Origin: Cycas panzhihuaensis
Lineage: Eukaryota; Plantae; Cycadophyta
DNA length: 64,000 nt
Assembly (NCBI GenBank): GCA_023213395.1
Contig: CM041465.1
Coordinates: 221,533,741-221,597,740 of the forward strand
Direction: 5' to 3'
This document shows positions 1 through 13,805 of this stretch, one piece after another. How positions within the stretch are numbered: the first letter of the stretch is position 1; every line of letters starts with the position of its first letter. Made by a program: the position numbers and the translations under genes. A model generated the notes under the pieces. That model was not told where the DNA came from. It made no database searches and worked only from the letters and a program-made list of their open reading frames with translations.

Positions 1-183
1 TCTGCAAACAAGGAATGGAGGCGGAGCTTTATAATGATAGATGTCTGATTAAGGATCCTAATTTCTCTATCATTATTACTGGGAAAGTTAGAGATAATTT
101 TTGGGTGTTTAAAAAGTTTCAATCCCAAAAGAAGTGCTATGCTTTTATTGCCAGTGCAAATGATGTGAGCAAACTGTGGCATG

Positions 184-398
184 TGTTAGAATATAATGTT
201 TTATCTTAGGTCTTTAAGGGGTAATATTATAAACCCCTCATTGTGTAACTCCTAATGTAGGATTGACGTGTGTCATTCTCAAAAGCTTTAGTTACAATTT
301 ACTTTGTAATGGTTCTATTCTATAGTGTATATTTGAGGCATTTCCTGCACTATAATACATCAACCATTTCACACATTATTGCGAAGCAGAATTTGACA
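184..398 (+). repeat. 5' LTR of Copia A
   Basis: Direct repeat of 5172-5389 with about 21 substitutions and a 3-bp indel (~10%); TGTTAG...GACA. Confidence 0.95.
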
Positions 399-1075
399 AG
401 GTATCAGAGCAGGTCAGTCAGACTGTCTGAAGGAGGAAGAAAAAGGAGAGTACAATTATCGTGAATGACATTGAAGAAGAATTCAACGGTTAAAGAACCT
501 AGTGGAGGAAGAAGGAGTTGAAATCTCCAGAAGAAGAGAGAATTCCAAAATTGAAATTATACGAACTTGCACAGATGAAATTTTTTGAAAGTTCCCAGAA
601 TTGAGTGAAATTTGACCAACAAGTAGATCATGACACGAGGATCACTTTTCTCAACTAGCTCGAAGTTATTAGAGCAAGTTTTGAGGCACTTTTTCCCTAC
701 TTACTAGTTTGCGTGGGTTTGGAGTCACTCCAGCAAATTCTTCAAAAATAACTCAAATTTTTGGGTAAAATCACTCATAATCTCTACATCCCAGTGATTC
801 AAGGTGTTTAAACCTATTTTTTTGCAAGTAGGTGAAAGATTGAGTGAGTTTGAAGCTTTTTTCTCCAAAAACCTAGTCGCCTATTTTTGGTTTTCGAGCT
901 GATTTTCTTACAATCTAAAACTTGTTTTGGAAAAATAACTTTAGATCTATAATCCTCTAAAAAAGATCTCTCTTTTGAGGTACATTTTGTACCCATCCGT
1001 ACAGTTAGGGTTCTGCATGGAAATCCATACATCTGTATGGCCAAGTCAGCTCAGATTTAGTTTCTCCTTTTGGAA

Positions 1076-4000
1076 ACGGCTTCATCAATTCTAACTTTGT
1101 CATACCAGGACAAATTAACAAACATAAATTATCATGTTTGGAAAATAAAGATAGAAACATTATTGAGAGGCCAAAAATGCTTGGAGCATTGCTAATGGGA
1201 CTGAAGCAAAGCTTGTTGCTAGAAGTTCATGTTTAGTGAACTAGGAAGAAAGAGACAATGTTGGAGTAATAATCCAAAAACTTTCAATTTCTGATGCACT
1301 CCTCATCTATGTGGAAAAATTAACCTCTTCCTCCACAATATGGAAATACTTTAAAAATCTACATAGCTAGAAGAAACAAGGCTAGAATAATTACCCTCAA
1401 GGAGTAATTATTCAAGTTATATATAATAGAATCAGATATAGTATATGATTTTATACATAAGGTGATCTCAAGAAGAAATGATCTCATAAGTGTTGGGGCC
1501 ACCATCTTAGAACAAGAAGTAGTGGAGATGATAGCAAGTATATTTCTAAAATTATTTGATGTTACAGTCAATACCATAACCAACAATAACCAGATTGATA
1601 AGATGACTCTTGATACTCTAATTGGTTTATTGTTAAGACAGGAGCAAAGAAATAAACACTGAAGACTTAGCAGGAATAGAAGATGCTTTTGCAACCAAAC
1701 TAAACTTGGAACCCAAAGGATGGAATCAATCCAGAGGAAGAGGATGAACACCAGAGGGTAGGAATCCTCTTCGTGGTCGGTAGCAAGACAACAAGATGAG
1801 GATGCACAAAGACAAGGGATTCAAGAATGTGTTATAATTGTGGTAAGCCTGGTCGTATTTCAAGTTCCTGTAGGGCATTTGATCTTTGCTATCACTGTGG
1901 TTAGTCAGGACACTATCCATATCAATGCCCCCAAAGGCAAGCTGATATTCAGAGAGGGAAGTGCTCGGTAGGAAACTACAGTAAAGAGCAGATAGAAGAA
2001 GAAGAGGAGGAAACAACATTCATTGTTGCTGTCATGGTAGGTCTTTAAGACAAGGATATATGGTCATTGACTTAGGAGCATCCTGACATATGACCAGCAG
2101 AGAAGATTAGTTCAAGTCGCTCAAACCCTACACCACCAACAAATCAATAGAGTTGGGAGACAAGTATCCTTTGGACATAAAAGGAGTTGGAACTATAGCT
2201 GTCAACCTACAAGGCAATATAAAGAAAATTGGAAATGTTCTGCTCGTCCCAGGATTAAAAATGGATCTTCTCTCAGTGTCTTAGTGTAGCAAAAAAAAGC
2301 TAAGAACAATCTTTGATGACGAAGGAAATTGCTATATCCTACACATGAAAAATAATGGTAATGTAATTGCAAAAGACATAAGAAGTAGTGATCTGCATAG
2401 GCTACTCTCTGATCCTATATTCTCCAATATGGATGTAAAAGCTTGTATAGTTGTGAATTTTGATATTAATGATAAAATGTGGCATTTGAAGTACATGCAT
2501 TTTCCTTTAGAAAAATTAAAGTTAATGCAAAAAGGAGGAATGGTTAATGGGTTGCCTTCCATCACATCTAATAATTTCGTGTGTAAAGGATGTCAGTTCG
2601 AAAGCAACATTGACTTCCATTCAAAGAAAGCAAGTGGCGAGCCCGAAACAAGTTAGAGTTAGTCCATACACACTCATGTGGACCTTTTACTCCACATTCA
2701 ACTAATGGTTGTAGGTATTTCCTAACATTTATTGATGATTTCATTAGAAAGCTGTGGATTTGTTTTCTCCACAACAAATTAGAAGTCTTTGAGACTTTTA
2801 AAGAATTTAAAGCAGAAGTGGAATTAGAATTAGGAGTCAAAATAAAATACATCACATCTAATGGTGGTGGTAAATATATTTCAAAAGAATTCTTGAACTT
2901 CTACAAAACAAATGGGATACATAGACAATTTACAACCACTATACTCCTCAATGCAATGGGGCTGCAGAGAGGAAAAATAGAACCATCATGGAAATGGCTC
3001 GAAGCATGGTCTATGGGAAGCAAGTCTCAAAAACCTATTGGGCAGAAGCAGTAAGCACAACATGCTACTTGATAAATTAAGGTCCCACAAGGGCATTAGA
3101 ACAAATCACGGCAGAGGAAGCCTGGACAGGTAGGAAACCTAATGTAAGTAATTTGAAGGTGTTTGGGCGTCAGGCCTTTCTATACATACCTGACAAAAGG
3201 AGGTCAAAACTTCACTCTAAGAGCACAGAATGTATCATGATTAGATACAACAAGAACTCAAAGGCCTACAAATGCATAGATCCCAAGACCAACAAGATCT
3301 ATGTAAGTAGGGAAGTTGCGTTCAATGAAGAAGATGCCATAGAAAGCCAGTCCCAAATTCAGGTTATTGAAGAAACACTAAAGGAAATACCTCAAGAAGT
3401 TCCCTTGGAAGAAACATCTAGGATAACCTTAGAAGAAATCCCAGAAGCATCACATGAAGGCTTGTCATCTGAAGGAGAGGAACAGACATTTGAAGGTCCA
3501 GTCACTGAAGAAAAAACCAAAAAGAGAAAAGAAAGTACCAAGATGGTATATCAAAACCATCAAGGAAGGAAAAGGAGATATATTTCCACACAAACCTAGA
3601 AGTCAGAGTCATCGAGCCTTGTACAACAATGTTGAACCACAATCTTTTGAAAAAGTAAAAGGACAAATTGAATGGAGAACAACAATGGATTAAAAAATGA
3701 ACTCCATTATAAAAAATCAGAGTTGGGAACTAGTTGAATTACCTCCCAATAAACTAGTGGTTAACTGCAAATGGATCTATAAAATCAAAGAAGGTGCCAA
3801 TGGCAAAATAGAAAAACACAAATCTAGGCTTGTAGCAAAAGGCTATACACAGACAACTGGAGTAAACTTTGAAGAAACACTCTCCTGTGGCCAAGCTAAA
3901 CACTATAAGAGCAGTGACTGCCTTAGCAACCCAACAAAATTGGAAAGTTTATTAGCTGGACATGAAAAGTACCTTCTTGAAACGGGAACTAACTGAGGAA

Positions 4001-5165
4001 GTCTACATGAAGCAACTAGAAGGCTACATCAAAGAAGGAGAAGAACATCTGGTCTGCAAGTTGAAGAAAGCCTTGTATGGGCTAAAACAAGCTCCTCGTG
4101 CCTGGCATGCCAAGTTGGACAAACATCTTTGTCAAAATGGTTTTCATCGAGGAAGCTCAGACTCAAGCCTATATATAAGAAAACGACACAGGTTGATTAT
4201 TATAATAGTTGTATATGTAGATGATATGATTCTTACGGGAAGTGATAATGAATCAATCTCAAATATCAAGAGTCAGCTAGAAAAGGAATTTGAGATGATT
4301 GACTTAGGTCTCCTAAGTTATTATCTGGGAATAGAAGTCTTTCAAAATGAGGACTCAATCACACTGTCCCAAAGCAAGTACGTCAAGGACTTACTAAGTA
4401 AATTCCAGATGGAAAGTTGCAACACTTGTGCAACTTCCATGGAGATAAACTGTGATTTGGTTCCTAATAAAGAAGAACCTCAAGTTGATGCTACTCTGTA
4501 CAGACAATTGATTGGCAGTATGATCTACCTCACCTCCACTAGGCCCGATATCTCACATTCTATGGGACTAGTCTCAAGATACATGCGGGAACCAAAGGTA
4601 AAACATTGGAAAGCAGCAAAAAGAATTCTAAGGTATCTAAAAGGAACAATTGATTTGAAATTGGTCTATCCAAAGAAGAAGTCACCTCAATTGTCAAGAT
4701 TCTGTGACTCAAATTGGGCTAGAGATAAAGAACAAAGAAAATCCACAAGTAGATATTGTTTCTTCCTAGGACCTTCAGTCATTTCATAAAGCAGTAAAAG
4801 ACAAACAACAGTTGCACTTTTTTCAATTGAAGCTAAATACAAATCTACAGTCAATGCAATGTGTGAAGCCATCTGGTTAAGATAACTTCTAGCAGACTTG
4901 AATCAATAGTAGCAAGCCCCAACAAAACTAAATTGTGATAATGAAAGTGCTATCAAATTGACCAAGAATCTTGTTCTCCATGCACAAACAAAGCACATAG
5001 AAGTACATCATCACTTCATATAGGAGAAGGTGCAAAGCAAAGAAGTTAATTTAACATAATGTCCCACAACGGAACAAATTGCAGATATTCTGACAAAACC
5101 ACTTAGCAGAGATAGATTTCAAATACTTAGAGACAGAATAGGATTGAAAAGGATAAAACATTAAG
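1076..5165 (+). pseudogene. Copia A gag-pol, disrupted by stops and frameshifts
   Basis: ORF fragments 1462-1662 (gag), 3153-3599 (SKLHSKSTECI...KAYKC), 3697-3996, 3962-4789 ([24 protein letters not shown]), RNase H TKHIEVHHHF. Confidence 0.9.
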
Positions 5166-5171
5166 AGAGGG

Positions 5172-5389
5172 TGTTAGAATATAATGTTTTATCCTAGGTC
5201 TTTAAGGGGTAATGTTATAAACCCCTCATTATGTAACTCCTAATGTAGGATTGACATGTGTCATTCTCAAAAGCTTCAGTTACAATTCACTTTGTAACAG
5301 TTGTATTCTGTAATGTATATTTAAGGAGGCATTTCCTCCACTATAATGCATCAACCATTTTTAACATTATTGTTGAGCAAAATTTAACA
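5172..5389 (+). repeat. 3' LTR of Copia A
   Basis: Follows the PPT; TGTTAG...TAACA; matches 184-398. Confidence 0.95.
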
Positions 5390-5504
5390 ACATGATTGCC
5401 TAGGTCACCTTAATTACAGAAGCATTGCACTATTGAAAAGGTTGAGAATTATGGAAGGTTTGCCATTTGTTTCATGTTTAGACGGTGTTTGTGAAGGGTG
5501 CATG

Positions 5505-6574
5505 TGTTGACTTGCCTATCTCCCTAATGAGATATATTCACTTATCAAGGGATCACTGGTTGGTAGTCTAGCTTAGGATATAGTCAACATGCTTATGTTT
5601 CCATTAATTATTATTATAATCACTTTGCACACAGTATTGTGGGAGTAAATTATCACATGTTCATCATTAATTCATCGCAATAGTATACCAATCATCATAC
5701 ATTACTCATGCAATCATTATAGCACACATAGTACACAATATTCCATATAAATCTTCACTTTATTAAGCAATAACATCAATACATTCGGTTCTAGAATGTA
5801 TCCTGCATACGTTCCAGAAGTATACACAATGTGCTGTTACATATGTTCCAAAAGGGAATGCGTCTACTGGATCATACAACCATACTATCCTTAGTGGTAT
5901 TCCTGCCCTTGGAATGCCTCATGGAATGATTACTTGACTCTCATCCTTGAGAATATATCACAAGACTCATTGGCTTGGCTCTCACTACTGGAATGGTGAG
6001 AAAAGTACCATTAAATACCCATTTTGGTGCCTTTTGGGTGAATGGTTATGACCCATGGTCATAACCATTCCTTTTCATAACATATGTGCCTTTTCACTTA
6101 ACACGTGATTAACACTGCTAATCTGTGTATTCTCTGTCTGTACGTCCATATGTATGCTTGTCCTTGCTAACGTCATCGAATATGGGTGCCTTTTGATGTT
6201 GTTTTGGTCATACATTCCATTTTGACACGTTTTGTTTGCTAGCATACCTGAATGGTATGTACCCTGTCTTACATACCTGAAAGGTACACATCCTATATTG
6301 CGTACCCAGTCTGTACGTATTTGGTTCTTTTCTGCTCTACATACCTTCGTATGGTCTGTACCTACTAGTTGTGCGTAGTTGGTACCGCTCTGGTCATTCC
6401 TGGGCCCATTCTGGTCATTTTTGGGACCTTTGGTCATTTTTGGGCCTGTTTCTGGCCGTTCCTGAGCTGTTTTGGCCATTTTGGGTTTGCTTTTTATTGT
6501 TTCTAAGCCATTATAGTCATTTCTGGTCCTGTTTTGACTATTTCTGCCCATGTTGATCATTTTATTCGCCAACA
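5505..6574. mobile_element. Probable solo LTR (~1.07 kb) inserted in the host Copia integrase N-terminus
   Basis: TGTTG...CAACA termini; host frame CEGCM|YGKHH rejoins across it; degenerate TSD GCATG/AAATG; no coding domains. Confidence 0.7.
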
Positions 6575-8602
6575 AAATGTATGGGAAGCATCATCGCTAT
6601 CCTTTTGCTTGGGACAATGCCTGGAGAGCCAAGGAAAAGCTTGAGTTTGTGCATATAGATGTGATGGATCCACTCCCAAACTCTTCAATATCAGGAGCTT
6701 AGTACACCTTAGTGTCTGTAGACAATTACACGAGGAAGATCTGGGTATATTTTCTGAAGAACAAGTCATACGTGTTTGATCACTTCCATGACTAGAAAGT
6801 GAGTGTTGAGAACGAAAGTGATAAGAAGATTAAAATATTAAGAAGTGATAATGGCAAAGAATACGACAATCATGCATTTAATTAGTTTTGTCGAGATCAT
6901 GGTATAAAACAGGAGTTTACTGCCCCATATACCCCACAACAAAATGATGTTGCAGAAAGGAAAAATCATACTATGATAGAGATGGCAAGGTATGTGGTGC
7001 ATTCGAAAAACTTCCCATCGATGTTTTGGGCAGAAGCTGTAGTGACTACTATTTACATTTTAAATTGGGTACCCACTCAAGTAGTTTGTAGCATGACTTC
7101 CGAAAAAAAACAGATCAGTCGCAAACTTGTCATTAGCCATTTAAAAACTTTTGGATGCATTGGATATGCATACATCCCTGATGAAGGCCGTAAGAAGTTG
7201 GATTACAAGAGTTTGAAGTGTTGTTTTGTGGGGCATTCTGATCAAAACAAAGCTTATAGACTATGAGATTCACAGAGGAGAAAGTTTATGATTAGTTGGG
7301 ATGTCAAATTTGATGAGCCATCGACGTATTATGCTGAGAAGTCATCAAAAGAGCTTTTTTACCCACCATTACTTCCATTTCTGCATTCATCAACTGAAGA
7401 GGACGATGAGCCAGTCACTAGAATTCAAGAGGAAGCTAGACTGAGTGGAGCAAGTAATAGTGAGGAGTCGTCACATGAAGAAGTACCTATTAGCACCAGG
7501 TCCTTCTATACTATTATGGGCAAGGAAGACAATTGAGGATTTCAGAGTAGCAATGCATACCCTTGCTGATGACAGTGGAACAAGAAGTTAACATGCCAGT
7601 TAGACTCTGCTGGTAGACACCAACAACTCCAATGATCTGATTTCGTATGATGAAGCGATGGACGATCCATGATGGAGAGCTGCAATGGAAGAGGAGTATG
7701 GTTCACCCATGAATAATGACACATGGGATTTGGTTTCATTCCCTCCGAAGAAGAACCTTGTTGGATTCAAGTGGATCCATAAAAGTAAGTTCTTCTCCGA
7801 TGAAGAGGTGGACAAGTAGAAGGCTAGGCTTGTTGCTTATAGGTTTAAGCAGAAGGAAGGAATTGATTATGAGGGGACATTTGCACTAGTCTCCAAGATA
7901 ACGATGGTTCGTTTGATGATCCTTAGTAGTTGTGTATAGTTGGGAGTTACATCAGATGGCTGTTAAGTCTATGTTTCTTAACGGGGATCTAAAGGAGGAG
8001 ATTTACATGTTACAACCTCTGGGATTCATTAAGAAAGGTTAGAAGCATCTTATGTGCCGATTGAAGAAATCACTGTATGGCTTGAAACAAGCACCCCATG
8101 CTTGGTATGAGAAGATTGATGTCAAGTTAAAGGATGAAGGATTTGTTGTTTTAGATTTGGACCTGAATCTATATGTGAAAAGGAGCGAGACTCAATAATA
8201 ACTAGTGTTGTATGTAGATGATTTACTCATTGGAGGCAACTATAATATAACTATTGTCAGAGTCAAGTCCAATTTAGGAGCTACCTTTGACATGACAGGC
8301 CTCAGGAGGCTTCACTACTTCTTGGGCATTCAAGTCAGGTAGATGGAAGATCGAATCATGTTGTTGCAAACACAGAATGTGAAGAACCTATTGGAAACAT
8401 TTAAGATGTAGGATTACAAATTGATTGTAACACCATGTGCTAAGGGCGCAAGACTGTAGAAAGACATGGCTAAAGCCTCTGTAGATGGAACAATGTACTG
8501 TCAATTGGTAGGGAGTCTAATCTATTTGACTCATATCAAACCAGATATCGCCTATGTTGTTGCATTGGTTTTCTGATATATGCTAAATCCTCAGGAACTA
8601 CA

Positions 8603-8816
8603 TGTAGAAAAACAGAGCATAACTTAAACAGAGAAGAAAAAGTGCATGACATTATTGAGATTTAATCTTCTTAAGTATACATCAATGATGTGATGGTTAC
8701 AACTTCTAATGTAATCGATCACTCTCAGACTGCCAAGTGGCATGATCTTATGAGTACATTAAGGGTGGTCCTAACATGACCCCTTTCTTTTCTAGATAAA
8801 ACATTATATCTCAACA
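8603..8816 (-). repeat. 3' LTR of Copia B
   Basis: Near-identical to 13591-13805; adjacent to the PPT. Confidence 0.97.
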
Positions 8817-8829
8817 CCCCCTCTTAATG

Positions 8830-11800
8830 TTTTATCTCTAATAGTCCTATTTTGTCTCTTAAATATTTGAGCCTTTCTCTCCCAAGAGGCTTTGTCAGGA
8901 GATCTGCGACTTGCTCAGATGTGGGGCAATATTCCAAGTCTATCTCTTTGTTCTGTACTTTTTCTCTTATGAAATGATGATGAACTTCAATATGTTTTGT
9001 TCTTGCATGTAGAATTGGATTTTTGGTCAGCTTGATGGCACTTTGGTTGTCACATTTCGGGAAGTTGCTCCTTTTCGTTGATCCAAGTCAAGCAAAGTTG
9101 TCTTAACCAGAATGACTTCACGGGTTGCTAATGTAGGCGCTTTATATTCATACGTAGAGGAGAGAGCTCTGTAGCTTGTTTCTTACTACACCATGAGATT
9201 CTTGAGGCTCCTAAGAAGAAATAGTATCCACTGGTGGATTTCCTTTGCTCTTTGTCACCAAATTTAGTCGGTCGCGATTCTGATATTTCCACTGGGTACC
9301 CCTTTAAGTATACTAGTTTGAGATCTGTCGTTCCTTTGAGATATCTTAAAACTCTTTTTGCGGCTTGCCAATGTTTCAACTTTGGATTTTGCATATATCT
9401 GGATATTAGTCCCTCTTGAGTAGGATATGTTTCGAACTGGTGGTCACAAATAAATCGACTTCCAATCATTTGTCCATGCAGTAGCATCTGCATCTTTTTC
9501 CATACTATCTGCTGTTACGTCACAATTTGTTTCCATGGGTGTTGTGCATGGATTGCAATTCTCCATCTGAAATCGAACAAGCAGATTTTTGATGTAATTA
9601 CTTTGGGACAAGGTTATGTAGTTTTGATGTTGACCTATTTCTAGTCCCAAGTAGTAATTTAGTGGACCCAAGTCTATCATTTCAAATTTCTACTGAAGTT
9701 GACCTTTGATCCACTTAATTCTTTCTTCATCATTTCCAGTAAGAAGCATATCATCTACATAAACAACAATTATTGTTATCTTGTTGTTTGTTTTTCTTAT
9801 GTAGAGACTGGAGTCGGAGTTACACCGAATGAACTTATTTTCTTCAAGGAAATGGTCTAATTTTGTATACCAGGCGCGTGGAGCTTGTTTTAGACCATAC
9901 AAAGCCTTTTTTAATCTGCAAACCAGATTCTCCTGTCCTTGTTCAGCATATCCTTCTGGTTGTTGCATATAGACTTCTTCTTCTAGCTCACTGTTTAAGA
10001 AGGCACTTTTTACATCTAGCTGGGAGATTTTCCAACCTTGTGATGCAACCAAAGCTATTACTGTCCTTACTGTGTTCATCTTTGCTACTGGAGAAAAGGT
10101 CTCATCAAAATCTACACCTGCGGTTTGAGTGTACCCTTTCGCGACTAACCTTGCCTTGTATTTTTCTATTTTGCCATCTACTCCTTTCTTTGTTTTGTAA
10201 ACCCATTTGCGCTTCTGATTGGATTTATTGACAGATAGTTCTACTAGTTCCCATGTTTGATTCTTCTTGATTGAATTCATTTCATTATCCATTGCCGCTC
10301 TCCATTCTTGATGATCTTTTGCTTCTTGAAAATTTTGTGGTTTGACTTTGCTTAGAAGAGCTCTTGACCTTTGTCCCCGAGTTTTCTGTTCTATTACATT
10401 TCCTTCTTCAACTGTTTTGATATACCATTTTGGCAACTTTTTCTGTTTTCGTGGATCTTCTCTTTCAATGGTGCCTTCTGATACTTGACTGGTTGATGAT
10501 GGACCGGCTTGACCTTCTTCTGAAGTGATTTCTGAATCATTTCCTTCTTCAGTTTCTTGATCTTCTGAGGTAATTTCTGACTTATTTTTTGGCTCATCTT
10601 CTTGCATTTCTTGGAGTCTGGCAGCTTCCTGTTTATTTTCCTTTTCATTTTCTATTACTCTAATTTGTGAAGATTCAACAGAGTTTTCTTCGTTAAAAAA
10701 GACATCTCTGCTTACATAGATTTTGTTTGTTTTTGGATCTATGCATTTATATGCCTTTGAATTTTTACTGTAGCCTATTAAGACACATTCTATGCTTTTT
10801 GCATCCAATTTGGACCTTCTTTTATCAGGAATATGCACAAATGCTTGACTACCAAACACTTTAAGGAGACTTACATCGGGTTTTTGTCCTGTCCAAGCTT
10901 GTTCTGGAGTGACATCCTTCAATGCTTTGGTTGGACTTCTGTTTATTAGATAGCATGTTGTGCTAACTGCTTCTGCCCAATATGTCTTAGATATATTAGT
11001 TCCATACATCATGCTTCGAGCCATTTCCATTAGAGTTCTATTCTTTCTTTCAGCCACTCCATTCGACTGAGGGGTGTAAGGAGTTGTAACCTGTCTACGA
11101 ATTCCTCAATCCTTGTAGTAATTTAGAAACTCCTTTGATATATATTCCCCTCCTCCATCTGATCTGATGCATTTGATTTTCGTTCCTGATTCTAGCTCTG
11201 CTTTTGCTTTAAATTCTTTAAATGTTTCAAAAACTTCTGACTTATTATGTAAGAAATATACCCACACTTTCCGAGTGAAGTCATCAATGAAAGTTAAGAA
11301 GTATCTGCATCCATTAATTGTCAGAGGTGTAATTGGACCACAGATATCTGTGTATCAATTCTAATTTAGACTGAGCTCTCCAAGTACTTTCTTTAAAAGG
11401 AAGTCTGTCGCTTGCCGAGTTGACAACCTTTACAAACAAATGTATCTAATGACATATTAGGTAGGCCATTTACCATTCCTAATTTTTTCATTTGTTTAAG
11501 TGTATCAATTGAAAAATGCCCATACCTCAAATGCCATGCTTTATTATTAGATTTAGAAGCAATACAAGCTTTTTCTTCCAGGTAAGGAAGTACAGGATCT
11601 GACAGGAGTTTGTAAAGATCATTACATCTGACTCCTTTTCCAACAATTTTTCCATCTTTCTTCATATCTAGAATGTGACAATTCCCTTCTTCATCAAAGA
11701 TGGTTCTCAAACCCTTTTTGCTCAATTGAGAGACAGAGAGGAGATTCATTTTAGATCCGCACAAACAAAACATTTCCAATTCTTTTTTCATTTCCATCTA

Positions 11801-12921
11801 GATTTACTGAAATAATTCCAATCCCTTTTATATTAAGGGAATACTTGTCACCCAATTCTACTGATTTGTCCATATTGTAGGGATTCATGGTTTGAAACCA
11901 TTCTTCCCGACTTGTCATATGTTTGGAGGCTCCTGAATCTATGTACCATATGTCTTTGTCTTTCATACCGGTAACCAATGCTGTGATGAATGCTGTCTCT
12001 TCTTCTTCTTCTTCCTCATCGTCCTTTTCTTTGCTGTAACCTCCAATAGGCCGCTTTCCTTTCTGAATTTCACTTCGTCTCTGTGGGCACTGATATGGAT
12101 AGTGTCCACTTTGTCCGCAGTAGCAGCATATGTCAAAGATTCTACAACTGCTAACGAAATGTTCGGTTCTTCCATAGTTGTAGCAGACTCTGTTTTCTCT
12201 GCTGCGTCCTCGTCCTCTGGAACTTTGCCAGCGTCCTCGCCCCCGGAAGTCTGATGTTCTGCTTGGTCCTCGAAATTGTTGTCTTCCTCTTGGCCCGAGA
12301 TTCAGTTTGGACGCAAATGCATCCTCCAATTCTGTCGTGCTTTCATATCTTCTATTTCTCTGTTCTTGTCTTAATAATAAACCTGTTAATTCATCAAGAG
12401 TTAATTTGTCTAACCTATCACTGTCTGTGATAGTGTTGACAATTGTGTCAAATGACTTTGGCGCCTTGTCATACAATTTCCACAAGGTCTTGTTCAAATT
12501 AGGCCACCAGCACTCAAGAGATTATTTCTCACAGTAATGATTTTATGCATAAATTCTTCTACCTCTTCATTTTCTCTCATGTGAAGCTTGTACAGCTCTT
12601 CTTTGAGTGCAATTATTCTTGCCTTATTCTTTTGTCCATATAAATTTTCCAAGCATTTCCAGTTTGGATGCCCGATTCAATTTTTCGACATAAACGCGAG
12701 ATGTAATCGGAAATGGACATTTTTAATGTGAGACTGGCCATATTATTTCTTTCAATCCAATTTCCTAGCTTATCATCGTCAACTGGAGGACGTTTTTCTG
12801 TCCCTTCATCAATTTCCCAGGCATTTTTCACCCTCAAAATTGTTTCTATTTTAATTTTCTAGACATGGTAATTTGAACCAGTTAATTTTTCTGGTTCGTG
12901 TAGAGATGAGGATGAAGACAT
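8830..12921 (-). pseudogene. Copia B gag-pol, frameshifted as assembled
   Basis: ORFs 12613-12837, 11751-12497 (two CCHC knuckles, protease WYIDSGASKHMT), 11393-11797, 9690-11057 (AERKNRTLMEMARSM; [10 protein letters not shown]; VYVDDML), 9444-9680, 9128-9493. Confidence 0.92.
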
Positions 12922-13590
12922 TACTTTTCGGATCAAAGGATGGTTTTGAGGTTCCGTCTGCACAGTACGGAATTCGCACGGAACCCTAGGTGTACTGACC
13001 AAAACACAAATGTACCTCAAATCGAAGGTCTTTCACCGTCGCTCCAATCAAGACGGTTTTTCAAAAAAATTTCTCAGAAGAGAGAAATCTGGCTCAGAAT
13101 GAAAATCGACGGCTAGGGCAGAAAATCGTATTTGAAGAAAATAATATGAAAAAACTAAAAAAATGTCTTCGAATCTGCGTGTAATCTTTATGTACTGTCA
13201 CTAAGAAGGATTTAGGACAGAAAATACTCGATACAAAGAGCAGATCGATGAGATTTTTGAGAAGTTCTCCTCAATCTCGCGCGGACTGGTTCGAGGGCTT
13301 TTTTGCCTGCAAAATGGCTTCAAATCGCTCGGCTCTAGTAGAAAAAAGTCTTCAGCATGCCTGGATCTAGGTCCCCACCAAGTTTCGCTCCAATCTGACA
13401 CTTTGAAAATTTTCGTGTCCAGACATCGCCCCGGACAAGACCGTACGGTTCCGTACCCAGGGATAGTAATGATCTTTGTCTGGTACAAAAACCCCAACTG
13501 CCTTGTCTGCCCCTTACACCTTTGACTGGGTTTTCTTTGCAGAAGAAATAGTCTCCAAATGATCAGTTAGACTGACCTGCTCTGATACCA

Positions 13591-13805
13591 TGTAGAAAAA
13601 CAGAGCATAACTTAAACAGAGAAGAAAAAGTGCATGATATTATTGAGATTCAATCTTCTTAAGTATACATCAATGATGTGATGGTTACAACTTCTAATGT
13701 AACCGATCACTCTCAGACTGCCAAGTGGCATGATCTTATGAGTACATTAAGGGTGGTCCTAACATGACCCCCTTTCTTTTCTAGATAAAACATTATATCT
13801 CAACA
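13591..13805 (-). repeat. 5' LTR of Copia B
   Basis: Adjacent to the PBS; near-identical to 8603-8816. Confidence 0.97.

Larger units (their letters stand above)
184..5389 (+). mobile_element. Full-length degenerate Ty1/Copia element A (short-LTR family, ~5.2 kb)
   Basis: TG..CA LTRs 184-398 and 5172-5389; PBS-Met (A)GGTATCAGAGC 399-410; PPT AAGAGAGGG before 5172; TSD GCATG/ACATG; gag-PR-IN-RT-RH order. Confidence 0.95.
8603..13805 (-). mobile_element. Full-length young Ty1/Copia element B (same short-LTR family)
   Basis: Perfect TSD CTACA (8598-8602, 13806-13810); LTRs 8603-8816 and 13591-13805 differ by 3 substitutions and 1 indel; PBS-Met (reverse complement GCTCTGATACCA, 13579-13590); PPT 8817-8826. 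Confidence 0.97.

Noticed and set aside
6075-6575. 166-aa minus-strand ORF
   Set aside because: Lies in the low-complexity end of a solo LTR; no domain recognised.
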